A DNA stretch of 44,560 bases, from positions 1 to 44,560 of IMG/VR virus record IMGVR_UViG_3300005260_000001; one strand, given 5' to 3'. This stretch comes from a virus. Shown here in pieces: positions 21,221-30,713 of this stretch (position 1 is the first letter of the stretch; every line of letters starts with the position of its first letter). The notes under the pieces are model-generated. The model had not been told where the DNA came from. It searched no databases and saw nothing but the letters and a program-made list of their open reading frames with translations. The position numbers were made by a program, and so were the translations under genes.

Positions 21221-22628
21221 TCTCTATTTCCTACTGCGCTACGGACTTCGCCGAGAGGACTGTGCTAATCGCTGGGTTTATGAGCGCTGCCAGGAGGTCC
21301 AGGCATCCCCAGATGGCCACTTGGACCTGTGGGCACGCGAGCACTACAAATCCACGATCATCACGTATGCGCTGACGATCCAGAACATTCTCTGCGATCC
21401 CGAAATCACCATCGGGATATTTAGTCACACCAGGCCGATTGCAAAAGCGTTCCTGCGGCAGATCAAACAGGAGTTCGAGCAGAACGACCTGCTGCAAAAG
21501 TGGTTTCCCGATATCCTGTGGCCCAATCCGCAGAAGCAAAGCCCCAAGTGGTCGGAAGACGAAGGCATCGTCGTCAAACGCAAGGGCAACCCAAAGGAAG
21601 CGACTGTTGAGGCGTGGGGGCTGGTGGATGGCCAGCCAACCTCAAAACACTTCGCCTTGCTGGTTTACGATGACGTTGTGACGCGCGAGTCCGTGACGAC
21701 CCCGGAAATGATGGCGAAAACGACAGCGGCTTTCGAGCTGAGCGATAATCTGGGATCGCGCGGCGGCCGCATGAGGTTCATCGGTACGCGGTATCACTTC
21801 AATGACACCTACAAAACGATCATGGATCGAGGGATTGCAAAGCCGCGCCTCTACCCGGCAACGGTCGATGGCAAGATGGAAGGCGAGCCGGTGTTTTTAA
21901 GCCGCGAAGAACTTGCGGCAAAGCGTATCAAGCAAGGGCCTTACACATTCGCCTGCCAAATGCTTCAGGATCCCAAGGCAGACGAAACGCAGGGCTTCAA
22001 AGAGGAATGGCTCAAGTTCGCCGCTCCGAACCCTGAGGGCTTGAACGTAGTCCTGCTGTTCGATCCCGCCAGCGCCAAGAAGAAGGATTCGGACTACACT
22101 GCCGCATGGGCGTTGGGCCTAGGCGGTGATCGCAACGTCTATGTGCTGGACTGCGTCAGGGACCGGCTCAATCTGACCGAGCGTGCTGACCTGGTGTTCA
22201 ACTGGCACCGCAAGTGGCGTCCGATGGCGGTCGGATACGAACGCTACGGGATGATGGCAGATATCGAGCATATCGAGGATCGGCAGGCGCGAGAGAACTA
22301 CAGGTTCACGATTACCGAGCTGGGTGGACAACAACCAAAGGTGGATCGCATTCGCCGGCTGATCCCGTGGTTCGAACAGGGGCGTATCTATATGCCCCAA
22401 GCAATGATGAAAACGAACTACGAAGGCCGCACGCTGGACGTGATCGGAGCCTTCATCGAGGAAGAGTTCAAGCCGTTCCCAGTCGCGCTGCACGACGACA
22501 TGCTCGATGCGATGGCGCGGCTGCTGGACAGCAACTTGCCGGTCGAGTTCCCGGCACCCACACCGAACCTGTGGGATGAAGACCTGGAACCGGCCGGCGC
22601 TGGCCGCAACGCAATGACGGGGTATTGA
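21105..22628 (+). CDS. terL: Terminase large subunit (start uncertain; alternative ATG at 21183)
   Basis: ATPase-like Walker B (ALLVYDDV). RNase-H-type nuclease region LFDPASAKKKDSDYTAAWALGLGGDRNVYVLD...HDDMLDAMA. Confidence 0.8.
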   Translation: MQSWTEPSCYSELATKFEQSLVTEPEMAHAMMAEACRTDLYFLLRYGLRREDCANRWVYERCQEVQASPDGHLDLWAREHYKSTIITYALTIQNILCDPEITIGIFSHTRPIAKAFLRQIKQEFEQNDLLQKWFPDILWPNPQKQSPKWSEDEGIVVKRKGNPKEATVEAWGLVDGQPTSKHFALLVYDDVVTRESVTTPEMMAKTTAAFELSDNLGSRGGRMRFIGTRYHFNDTYKTIMDRGIAKPRLYPATVDGKMEGEPVFLSREELAAKRIKQGPYTFACQMLQDPKADETQGFKEEWLKFAAPNPEGLNVVLLFDPASAKKKDSDYTAAWALGLGGDRNVYVLDCVRDRLNLTERADLVFNWHRKWRPMAVGYERYGMMADIEHIEDRQARENYRFTITELGGQQPKVDRIRRLIPWFEQGRIYMPQAMMKTNYEGRTLDVIGAFIEEEFKPFPVALHDDMLDAMARLLDSNLPVEFPAPTPNLWDEDLEPAGAGRNAMTGY

Positions 22629-22631
22629 GCG

Positions 22632-22877
22632 ATGTTCAATCAATACGCCGATTGCTCGATCATCGGCGGAGAAGGAACCGAGCGCACGCGGTACGCCTGC
22701 AAGCTGCGCCAAGCTGGCATCTCGACGTTTGCCGAGCTGACGAACCGCAAGCGCGACAAGATGTTCAAGCGAGCCTGTCAGGAGAATTGGTGGGGTAGCG
22801 CAGGCGTGTACGATCTGGACGACACAGAGGATCGGGCGTGGCTCGACCGCACTGATTTAGCGGAGGTGGGCGTCTGA
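22632..22877 (+). CDS. Hypothetical protein (81 aa)
   Basis: Lies between TerL and the portal. Its stop overlaps the portal ATG. Confidence 0.5.
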   Translation: MFNQYADCSIIGGEGTERTRYACKLRQAGISTFAELTNRKRDKMFKRACQENWWGSAGVYDLDDTEDRAWLDRTDLAEVGV

Positions 22878-24904
22878 TGGACAACCAGACCATCGACCTG
22901 CCTCATTCTGAGTTCGACGTAGCCGAACAGGTTGCGAGCGAGTTCAGCGCGGCCCAGATACTCGATGGCCTGGCAAAGACCGAAGGCGACATTTCCGACG
23001 CACTGAGCGAGGACCAGCTTACCGATCTCGGCTCGAAAGTGATCGAGGACTACGAAACCGACAAGTCCGACCGCGAGGAATGGGAAAGGATCGCTCGCGA
23101 CGCGCTTGAGAAAGCCGGTCAGGAAAAGGGCCGCGAGGAAAAGACCTATCCATGGTCGAAGGCGTCCAACGTTCAGTACCCGTTGCTGACCGTTGCCGCG
23201 CTCCAGTTCAACGCCAGAGCCTATCCGGCGATCGTCAAGGGCGATGAAGCGGTATCGGTCAAGGTGGTCGGTGCGGACAAGGGCGTTCCACGTCTAGGAC
23301 CCGATGGACAGCCGCTGGCAACGGTCAATGGCCTGCTGGTAGTCCCTACACCCCAAGGCCCTGCCATGATGGCTCCACAAGGCCCGGTGCCGGTCCCTGA
23401 GGGTGCTCAGCCGCAGATCGTATGGGCAAGACCGCCCGGAGCGAAGGCAACCCGTGCGCGGCGCGTAAAGGATTACCTGAACGCCACCATTTTCTACCGC
23501 ATGGAAGGGTGGGAAGGCGATACCGACATGCTGCTGATGCAGCTCCCGGTAATCGGCTGTGCGTTCCGCAAGGTCTATTACCGCGACGGCAAGCATTGCG
23601 CCAAACTGGTGAGCGCATTGAACCTGCTGGTGCCGTGCGACACGAAGGAGTTGAAGAACGCGGCGCGCATCTCTGAAATTCTTCCGCCGATGGCTCCGTA
23701 TGAAGTGCTGGAGAACATCAAGGCTGGGTATTTCCGGGCCGCTCAGTTCGTTGAGGGCGAGGAGTTCGACGGTAAATCCCGCAAGCTGATCGAACAGCAT
23801 CTGCGCTACGATCTGGATGGCGACGGCTATCCCGAGCCGTATATCGTCACGGTGGACCATGAAAGCCGTGAAGTCCTGCGGGTCGTGGCCAACTACGGAC
23901 CCGACGACATCAAGCGCAAGCAGAACGGATTGCTCGCGAGGATCGAGGCAGGCACGTATTACGTCAAGTACGGCTTCTTCCCGCATCCGGAAGGCAAGTT
24001 CTACGATCTGGGCTTGGGACACCTGCTTGCCAGTATCGGCAACGTGGTGGAGACGCTGGTAAACCAGATGATCGACGCCAATACGGTTGCGGTGGCCGGT
24101 GGTGGATTCATCGGTTCCGGGGTGAGACTACAGGGCACGAACCGCTCCACTACAATTAGGCTGGCGCCTGGCGAATGGAAGCCGGTCAACGTTCCCGGGG
24201 ATCAACTCAGGAACGCGATGGTCGAGCGGACTGTGCCGCAGGTATCGCAGATTACGTTCCAGGTGCTGGAATTGCTGTTGGGGGCGGCTCAGGACATCTC
24301 CAGCACGAAGGACGTGTTGACCGGCGACGCGAGCAACACCGGGCAGGTCGGAACCACGCTGGCGCTGATCGAACAAGGCCTTCAGATGTTCACCGCGATC
24401 TACAAGCGGGTGTACCGTTCGCTGAAGGACGAGTTCCAGCTTCTGTTCGACAACATCGGCAAGTACGCCACTGCCGAGACGCAAGCCGACTATCAGCAGG
24501 TGCTGGACGAACCCCAAGCCGATATCCGCGCCGACTTCAACGAACAGGACATGGATATCCGGCCGGTTTCCGATCCGACCAGCGTGACCAAGATGCAGAG
24601 CCTGGCGAAGGCCAATTTCCTGATGTCCACCGCGCCGATGGCCGTTCAGGCAGCGAACAATCCGGTGCTGCACAATATTCTGAAGCGGGTTTATGAGGCG
24701 GCAGATATCGAGGATGTCGATGGTATCCTGATCCAGACGCCTCCGCCGCCGCCCAATCCGAAAGACATCGCCAGCGCGAAGAAGGATTCCGCAGCAGCGG
24801 ATGAAAGCTCGGCCCGGGCGGCACAGATATTGCAGGACATGGAAGTGCAGCGCGTCGAGAAGGCCGCTGAGCAATTCATGGCCGGGATATCGGCTGCGGG
24901 ATGA
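22877..24904 (+). CDS. Portal protein
   Basis: 675 aa, directly after the terminase and before the head-assembly genes. Confidence 0.7.
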   Translation: MDNQTIDLPHSEFDVAEQVASEFSAAQILDGLAKTEGDISDALSEDQLTDLGSKVIEDYETDKSDREEWERIARDALEKAGQEKGREEKTYPWSKASNVQYPLLTVAALQFNARAYPAIVKGDEAVSVKVVGADKGVPRLGPDGQPLATVNGLLVVPTPQGPAMMAPQGPVPVPEGAQPQIVWARPPGAKATRARRVKDYLNATIFYRMEGWEGDTDMLLMQLPVIGCAFRKVYYRDGKHCAKLVSALNLLVPCDTKELKNAARISEILPPMAPYEVLENIKAGYFRAAQFVEGEEFDGKSRKLIEQHLRYDLDGDGYPEPYIVTVDHESREVLRVVANYGPDDIKRKQNGLLARIEAGTYYVKYGFFPHPEGKFYDLGLGHLLASIGNVVETLVNQMIDANTVAVAGGGFIGSGVRLQGTNRSTTIRLAPGEWKPVNVPGDQLRNAMVERTVPQVSQITFQVLELLLGAAQDISSTKDVLTGDASNTGQVGTTLALIEQGLQMFTAIYKRVYRSLKDEFQLLFDNIGKYATAETQADYQQVLDEPQADIRADFNEQDMDIRPVSDPTSVTKMQSLAKANFLMSTAPMAVQAANNPVLHNILKRVYEAADIEDVDGILIQTPPPPPNPKDIASAKKDSAAADESSARAAQILQDMEVQRVEKAAEQFMAGISAAG

Positions 24905-25134
24905 AGCTCGAAGACTTCGACGCATGGCGTCGCGAACCTGCCACCAAGTTCATCTTCGCCGCTATCAGGAAGGCCGTCGAGCAGGAAAAGGCCGAATGGC
25001 TGCGCCTGTCATGGGAAGGCGGGGACGCCGACCAGCACAATCTGACGGTTCTCAAGACGCGCGCCGATGCGCTCTTGGAGCTTGTCGATAATGACTACGA
25101 TACATGGATCAATTGGAGCGAAAATGCAGCTTGA
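24901..25134 (+). CDS. Hypothetical protein (77 aa)
   Basis: ATGA coupling to the portal gene. Confidence 0.5.
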   Translation: MKLEDFDAWRREPATKFIFAAIRKAVEQEKAEWLRLSWEGGDADQHNLTVLKTRADALLELVDNDYDTWINWSENAA

Positions 25135-25402
25135 ACCTGTAGGCCACTTCGTGTTCGTGAAGATGCCCAAGATCGACAAGGTTACACCGGGCGGGATCAT
25201 CATTCCGAACCAATCCGTGGAGGTCCAGGAGCGCGCCAGCATCAACGGCGAGCTGCTTGGCGTCGGACCTGCCTGCAAGAACCTCAATGGCGAGCATGTC
25301 GGAAAGACCGCGTGGTTTGGTCGCTATGCCGGCGTCATCATCGAAGAAGACAAGGAACTCTACCGCCTGATCGACGAGGACGAGATCAGGGCCGTTTCGT
25401 GA
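25124..25402 (+). CDS. GroES/Cpn10-like co-chaperonin
   Basis: GGAG RBS. MQLEPVGHFVFVKMPKIDKVTPGGIIIPNQS...GELLGVGP...YRLIDEDEIRAV is colinear with GroES (IRPLHDRVIVKR...AGGIVL...GEVLAVG...ILAIV). Confidence 0.7.
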   Translation: MQLEPVGHFVFVKMPKIDKVTPGGIIIPNQSVEVQERASINGELLGVGPACKNLNGEHVGKTAWFGRYAGVIIEEDKELYRLIDEDEIRAVS

Positions 25403-25830
25403 CCACAATCGCCTGTGACGGTAAATCGATGGCTGGGGACAGCCTGATTACCGCGAACGGCGAAATCGTCGGGAACACAACCAAAGTTCAACGCACCGAT
25501 GACGGCAGGATTTTTGGGGCGTCAGGCTCAATCGTCGACATCACGCGATTTGCCAAGTGGATGCATGGGGCGGAAGCTCCTGAATTATCGGAAGATTTCT
25601 GCGCGTTGATCCTCATGCCCAACGGCAAGGTCTATTACGTCGGCAACAAGCTGGAGCCATCCGAATACATCGTGCCGCAAGCGATCGGCAGCGGAGCTGA
25701 TTTCGCCATAGGCGCGATGCTCGCTGGCCAATCGCCGCATGAAGCCGTCGAGATTGCGATGCAACGCGACACGCGAACCGGTGGTGAGATTACCGTATTT
25801 CATATCGATCCGCAGTTAGCTGCGGCTTAG
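25399..25830 (+). CDS. HslV / proteasome-beta-like Ntn-hydrolase peptidase (candidate head maturation protease)
   Basis: GTG start in a GTGA overlap. N-terminal TTIACDG..MAGDS, KV.R..DGRIFGASG and AIGSGADFAIGAMLAG follow the HslV pattern, including the N-terminal Thr. Confidence 0.65.
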   Translation: MTTIACDGKSMAGDSLITANGEIVGNTTKVQRTDDGRIFGASGSIVDITRFAKWMHGAEAPELSEDFCALILMPNGKVYYVGNKLEPSEYIVPQAIGSGADFAIGAMLAGQSPHEAVEIAMQRDTRTGGEITVFHIDPQLAAA

Positions 25831-25897
25831 AGTTTCCGCACAAGGCGGACAGGGCCTCGCTCCGGCCAATAGGGGCAATCACGCAAGGAGCCGCCGA

Positions 25898-26704
25898 ATG
25901 GCGAAGAAAGCAGCGTCCCCGGAGGGGGATGACGGCGTCGTTGACGATATGGTCGATGACGGCACGACGATTACGATCGATACCGAAGAGGAAAACCAAC
26001 CCGCACCTCCTACCGTCGAGGACTTCGCCCGCGCCAAGGGCTGGAAGCCGAAGGAAGAATGGGATGGGCAAGGTGAATGGCGCGATGCCACCCAGTTCCT
26101 CGAATTCGGGCTTGATCGCGGACGCGACGTTTCCCGCGAACTGAAAGAGCTTCGCGAAACCACCTCGCGCATGGCCGACACGCAGGCGCGCGTGATGGAA
26201 CAGAACATGGAGCGCGTTCGCAACGAAGAGCGCGCCAAGTGGCAGAACATTCACCACCAGGCGGTTGAGGAAGGCAACACCGAAGTTGCATCGCAGGCCG
26301 TTGGCAAGCTGACCGAACTTGCCGCGCCGATCACTCCGCAGCGCGATTATATCTCTGAATTTGCTCGCGAAAATCCGTGGTTCAACACCGACCCGATGGC
26401 CAAGGCGGTCGCGATGGCTGCTGCCGAAGGGGTGAAGAATCTTCCGGCCGACGAACAACTCAAGGCCGCGAGGGAAGCGGTTCACAAGCGCTTTCCGGAA
26501 TACGCGCCGAAAGCCGAGGCGAAAGTGATCGAAGTTGGTGACCCGGCAACTCGTGCTGGCCCGCCCAAAAGAGGAAAATCGGTTCACGATCTGCCCGCCG
26601 AAGCGCTCGAAGCGGCGCGGGCATTGCAACGGCGCGGCCTGCTGCCCGGCGGCCTTGAAGGCTACGCCAAGCAGTACTTCAACAAGGATGGGTCAGTCCT
26701 ATGA
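25898..26704 (+). CDS. Scaffolding protein candidate
   Basis: GGAG RBS. Acidic N-terminus and long charged helical regions. Lies upstream of the capsid genes. Confidence 0.5.
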   Translation: MAKKAASPEGDDGVVDDMVDDGTTITIDTEEENQPAPPTVEDFARAKGWKPKEEWDGQGEWRDATQFLEFGLDRGRDVSRELKELRETTSRMADTQARVMEQNMERVRNEERAKWQNIHHQAVEEGNTEVASQAVGKLTELAAPITPQRDYISEFARENPWFNTDPMAKAVAMAAAEGVKNLPADEQLKAAREAVHKRFPEYAPKAEAKVIEVGDPATRAGPPKRGKSVHDLPAEALEAARALQRRGLLPGGLEGYAKQYFNKDGSVL

Positions 26705-27180
26705 TCGAGATTCAAGAGCAGCCCCGGAGGGGGCGTCCGCCAAAAGAGGCGACTGTGGGGGCAACCGCTCCCGAAGAACGGCGTGAGCGGCGTCGTAAGG
26801 ACGGGGAAGTCCAGAATGCGGGCCTGCGCCTCGCAATCCCCGACTGGGTGTACGAGAAGTACCCCGAAACGCAATTCAGGCATCGTTGGCTCCGGGACGA
26901 ACCGGGCCGCATCATGCAGAAATACAACGAGGACTGGGACCCCGTAGAGGGGGTAAATCCCGTTCCTGGTGCGCATGATCGCAATGGCGATCCGGTGAAG
27001 CTCATCCTGCACGTGAAGCGCAAGGAATGGGCCGATCAGGACCGGGCACGAGCCGAAGAGCGACGCAGGGACATCGAACGGCAGGCTGAGCGAGGGCGCG
27101 TTACCGCACGAGGTGACGATGCCGGAGCGACGCTGGCCGAGAACGTGGCTTATGCGGATGACGCGAACCGTCTCCGCTAA
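26701..27180 (+). CDS. Head-module protein, hypothetical (159 aa)
   Basis: ATGA coupling. Arg/Glu-rich. Confidence 0.5.
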   Translation: MIEIQEQPRRGRPPKEATVGATAPEERRERRRKDGEVQNAGLRLAIPDWVYEKYPETQFRHRWLRDEPGRIMQKYNEDWDPVEGVNPVPGAHDRNGDPVKLILHVKRKEWADQDRARAEERRRDIERQAERGRVTARGDDAGATLAENVAYADDANRLR

Positions 27181-27194
27181 GGAGATTCTTCAAC

Positions 27195-27776
27195 ATGGCT
27201 AATGCTAATGCACCCTTCGGCTTCAAGCCGATCCGGGGCGCCAGCAGCGGGCCGTACAACGATGGCGCACAGGTTTATGCGGCGGCGGCGGGCGACAGCA
27301 CTGTCATCCGTCTCGGCGATCCTGTGACCGTCACCGGGACTGCGACCGCTGACGGCGTTCCCATTGTTGCCCAGTCCACTGCTGGTTCGGGCAACGCGAT
27401 TACCGGCATCGCTGTCGGTTTTCGTCCCTACGGCGCGACTTCCTGGCTGAACTATCGGCCAGCGTCCACGGCGTATGAGGTCCTGGTCGAGGATGATCCG
27501 TTCGCGGAATACTGGATCCAGGAAGATAGCGACACCAGCACCCTTGCTGCGGTCGATACCGGCCTCAACGCTGCGATCATCTTCGGTACTCCCGGGGTCG
27601 ATGGCCGTTCCGCGTGCATGATCGACAGTTCGACCAAGGCGACTACGGCTGCCCTTCAGGTCCGGCTGCTCGGCGTTGCGCAAATCGTCAACAACGCAAT
27701 CGGGAACTACGCGATCTGGCGTGTTCGTCTCAACAATGTGACGACCACTCCGAACGCTGGTTCGACCGGCGCTTAA
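27195..27776 (+). CDS. Capsid-associated structural protein (decoration-like), hypothetical
   Basis: GGAGA RBS. Lies immediately upstream of the major capsid candidate. Confidence 0.5.
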   Translation: MANANAPFGFKPIRGASSGPYNDGAQVYAAAAGDSTVIRLGDPVTVTGTATADGVPIVAQSTAGSGNAITGIAVGFRPYGATSWLNYRPASTAYEVLVEDDPFAEYWIQEDSDTSTLAAVDTGLNAAIIFGTPGVDGRSACMIDSSTKATTAALQVRLLGVAQIVNNAIGNYAIWRVRLNNVTTTPNAGSTGA

Positions 27777-27791
27777 GGGGAGGGCTGAGAC

Positions 27792-28706
27792 ATGCTTATC
27801 ACCCGTTCAGTCCACCCCAAGCTGCTGCTCCCGGGCGTCAAAGACTTCTTCGGCATGAAGTACAAGGACTACAAGCCGATCTGGTCGCAGATGTTCGAGA
27901 CCACCACCTCGCAGCGGGCTTACGAAGAAATCGTCGAAGAAAGCGGTTTCGGGCTCGCGGCCATCAAGGGCGAGGGTCAGTCGATCGCTTATGACACGAC
28001 CAGCGAAGGCGCGACCACGCGGTTTACCCCCGTGAATTTCGCCCTCGGCTTCATCGTCACCGAAGAAGAGGTGGACGACAATCTCTATGGCGACAAGGCG
28101 TTCAGTCGCGCCGGTTCGCTCGCCCGCTCGATGCGGGTGACCAAGGAGATCGTCCACGCAAACGTGCTGAACCGTTCGCAGAACAGTTCGTATGTCGGCG
28201 GCGATGGGGTGCAGCTCGTATCGAGCGCGCATCCCACGATCAACGGAACGCAGTCGAACCTGTTGACCGCTGCGGACCTGTCGGAAGCCTCGCTCGAAGA
28301 CGCGATGACCAACATCATGCTGGCCAAGGATAGCCGTGGCCTGCCGATCATGGCGCGCGCCGTCAAATTGCTGATCCCGCCGAACGAAGCGTTCAATGCC
28401 TACCGCATCCTGAACGCCCGGCTTCAGACCGGCAAGGGGACGGACTCGACCAACACAAACAACCCGAACGCGATGCGTGAAATGGGTTGGGCACCCGAGG
28501 TCGTGGTCAATCCCTACTTCGACGACACCGACCAGTGGTTCATCGTCACCGACGTTCCGAATGGCCTCCTGAGCGTTCAGCGCAAGGGTCTGGCGTTCGG
28601 CGATGACGGCGACTTCGACACCGGCAACCTCAAGCACAAGGCCCAGGAACGCTACGTTCCCGGTTGGGCCGACTGGCGTGGGGTGTACGGCAACGCCGGA
28701 GCCTGA
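27792..28706 (+). CDS. Major capsid protein candidate
   Basis: GGGGAGGG RBS. 304 aa, located after the scaffold and followed by a hairpin. The call rests on position and size. Confidence 0.6.
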   Translation: MLITRSVHPKLLLPGVKDFFGMKYKDYKPIWSQMFETTTSQRAYEEIVEESGFGLAAIKGEGQSIAYDTTSEGATTRFTPVNFALGFIVTEEEVDDNLYGDKAFSRAGSLARSMRVTKEIVHANVLNRSQNSSYVGGDGVQLVSSAHPTINGTQSNLLTAADLSEASLEDAMTNIMLAKDSRGLPIMARAVKLLIPPNEAFNAYRILNARLQTGKGTDSTNTNNPNAMREMGWAPEVVVNPYFDDTDQWFIVTDVPNGLLSVQRKGLAFGDDGDFDTGNLKHKAQERYVPGWADWRGVYGNAGA

Positions 28707-28720
28707 CGGCTCAAGGGAAG

Positions 28721-28753
28721 GCTCCGCGCCCTAAAGGCGGAGCAACCTCTTTC
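28721..28753 (+). terminator. Possible attenuating hairpin after the capsid gene
   Basis: GCTCCGC-9 nt-GCGGAGC followed by AACCTCTTTC. The U-tract is weak. Confidence 0.3.
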
Positions 28754-28766
28754 AAGGGGCGCGGCC

Positions 28767-29018
28767 ATGAGCGATGAAGTTCCCGCGTCTCAATACGGCT
28801 CGCCCTTTATCTGCATGCGCTGCGGCTTTCGCTGCAAGGGCAGTGAAATCAGGAAGGAATGGACCGGCGCTCGGGTGTGTCCCCGCTGTTGGGACCCCAA
28901 GCCGGAAAACCTGAAAGCCCCGAAGCTGCGCCCCGAAGGTGTGCCGAAGAAAAACGCCAGCCCTGAGCCCGAAGTCGTGTTCGTGGGCCTCAACGAAATC
29001 ACTCCTGCCGATCTGTAG
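28767..29018 (+). CDS. Small Zn-ribbon protein (83 aa)
   Basis: Contains CMRCG...CPRC. Confidence 0.5.
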   Translation: MSDEVPASQYGSPFICMRCGFRCKGSEIRKEWTGARVCPRCWDPKPENLKAPKLRPEGVPKKNASPEPEVVFVGLNEITPADL

Positions 29019-29032
29019 GGAAGGACAAGCCA

Positions 29033-29461
29033 TTGGTCGCCTTCACGAAACTCAACGGATTTGTCGAGAACCTGGCCGAGAAGGTATTCAACCTTGGCTC
29101 GGACCAGCTCGTGGTCGCGTTGAGCAACACCGCGCCCGCTTCGGAAGCAACGCCTCCGAGCGGAGCCACCAGCGCATGCAAGCTCGCGAACGTCACGCAG
29201 ATCAGCTACACGAACTGTTCGTCTCGAAACCTGACCACCAGTTCGAGTACGCAGTCCTCGGGCACCTATGCCTTGGTGCTGGCGGATTTGGTGCTGAGCG
29301 CCACCGGCACGGTCGGACCGTTCCGATATATCTACCTGTACGATGACACGGCCACGAACGACGAGCTGATCGGGTACTACGATTATGGCTCGTCGATCAC
29401 GCTCGCGTCCGGCGCGACGTTTACGCTCGACTTTGGCGCCAGCGCCATCACCCTCGCTTAA
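29033..29461 (+). CDS. Structural protein, hypothetical (142 aa)
   Basis: GGGAAGGA RBS followed by a TTG start. Confidence 0.5.
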   Translation: MVAFTKLNGFVENLAEKVFNLGSDQLVVALSNTAPASEATPPSGATSACKLANVTQISYTNCSSRNLTTSSSTQSSGTYALVLADLVLSATGTVGPFRYIYLYDDTATNDELIGYYDYGSSITLASGATFTLDFGASAITLA

Positions 29462-29471
29462 GGATCGAACC

Positions 29472-29729
29472 ATGATCTTGACCGAAGAAGCCTTGCGCGC
29501 ACGCTGGCAGGAACTGACTTCCAAGCGCGAGGAAATCGACGCGCAGTTGCACCCTGCATGGGCCGAACTCAATGCTCTGGTAGCAGGCGATACTGCCCTG
29601 ACGATCAAGCAGGCACACGAACGCGAAGCAGTGTTGCGCGAGCAGATCAAGGCGGCCCAAGCCGAACTATTTCCTATCGAACAGGAACGCGCGATGGTGG
29701 CCCGCGCGTTGGGCGGCCAGACCGGCTGA
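29472..29729 (+). CDS. Coiled-coil protein (85 aa)
   Basis: Internal ATG. Helical, charged sequence. Confidence 0.45.
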   Translation: MILTEEALRARWQELTSKREEIDAQLHPAWAELNALVAGDTALTIKQAHEREAVLREQIKAAQAELFPIEQERAMVARALGGQTG

Positions 29730-29732
29730 CGC

Positions 29733-30713
29733 ATGGCCCAGACCTACTATCTGTCCAGCCTAAGCAGTGATCTCTCGGGCGGGGCGGATTTCAACAGGAA
29801 GCTGGTATCGGCGGTTGAGACTGCCGGTTCGATCGTATTCAACGTAGCGTTTAATTCAACCGAGGACAGTTTCGCATTCACCGAACCGGGCATACCGGGG
29901 TCTGGCGGTGCGACGGGCGACTATTCGGTTGTCGTCAAAATCAGCGCCAACAATTCCACTGGCCCCAGTTTGGCGATTGCGTGGGCGAGGGTCGATTCAA
30001 GTGGCACGCAGCAAGCCATTTCGAGCTTCACGTCCAGTCAGGCAGTAACGACAACCACTCAAGTCCTGACGTTTAGCGCGACGGCTGTTAACCTTGGCAC
30101 ATGGGCCGTTGGTGATCGCCTGAAGGTCGTTTACCGCTTCATCAACACTGCCGGCGGCGGGCGACAGTTCACAGTCGAGACCGGGACCGCAAACGCGGCC
30201 GTCACGACAGCGTTCAATTACACGATGGCCGCAGGGGCAGGTTCATTTGCGCTCAGTGGTCCCAGTGTTGCGCTGAATTATGGCTATACCCTCAGTGCCG
30301 ATGAGGGCGATTTTCAGCTTACCGGACAAGATATCGACCTGACCGCTGCTGCCGTATTGGCGGCGGGTGCTGGCAGCTTCACCCTTGCCGGACAAACGGT
30401 TGGAATGAGTTGGGATTACCCGGTGGCCGCTGGTGCCGGGGCTTATGTCCTAACCGGGCAGGATGTCGGCCTTACTGCTTCAGGAGCGATCAGCGCGGCT
30501 GCTGGGGTATTCGTTCTAAGCGGCACCGATGTAGCATTGAAGACGGCGCTTTATCTCCAGGCGGATAGCGGAGCGTTTACGCTGACCGGCGTGACTATTC
30601 GGTTGTCGCAATCGTTCCCCACGGTTCTGAGTCCCGTTCCTGCCGCATGGGCGCTAACCGCAGCGAATGCGAACAGCGGGTGGCTGACGGTTCCTGAAAG
30701 GTACATCGCATGA
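29733..30713 (+). CDS. Structural protein with six 22-aa tandem repeats
   Basis: Repeats of A-x-x-G-x-F-x-L-(T/S)-G-x-x-V-x-L span aa 166-293. Confidence 0.6.
   Translation: MAQTYYLSSLSSDLSGGADFNRKLVSAVETAGSIVFNVAFNSTEDSFAFTEPGIPGSGGATGDYSVVVKISANNSTGPSLAIAWARVDSSGTQQAISSFTSSQAVTTTTQVLTFSATAVNLGTWAVGDRLKVVYRFINTAGGGRQFTVETGTANAAVTTAFNYTMAAGAGSFALSGPSVALNYGYTLSADEGDFQLTGQDIDLTAAAVLAAGAGSFTLAGQTVGMSWDYPVAAGAGAYVLTGQDVGLTASGAISAAAGVFVLSGTDVALKTALYLQADSGAFTLTGVTIRLSQSFPTVLSPVPAAWALTAANANSGWLTVPERYIA
30228..30611 (+). repeat. Six tandem 66-nt (22-aa) coding repeats
   Basis: AAGAGSFALSGPSVAL / ADEGDFQLTGQDIDL / AGAGSFTLAGQTVGM / AGAGAYVLTGQDVGL / AAAGVFVLSGTDVAL / ADSGAFTLTGVTIRL. Confidence 0.7.
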
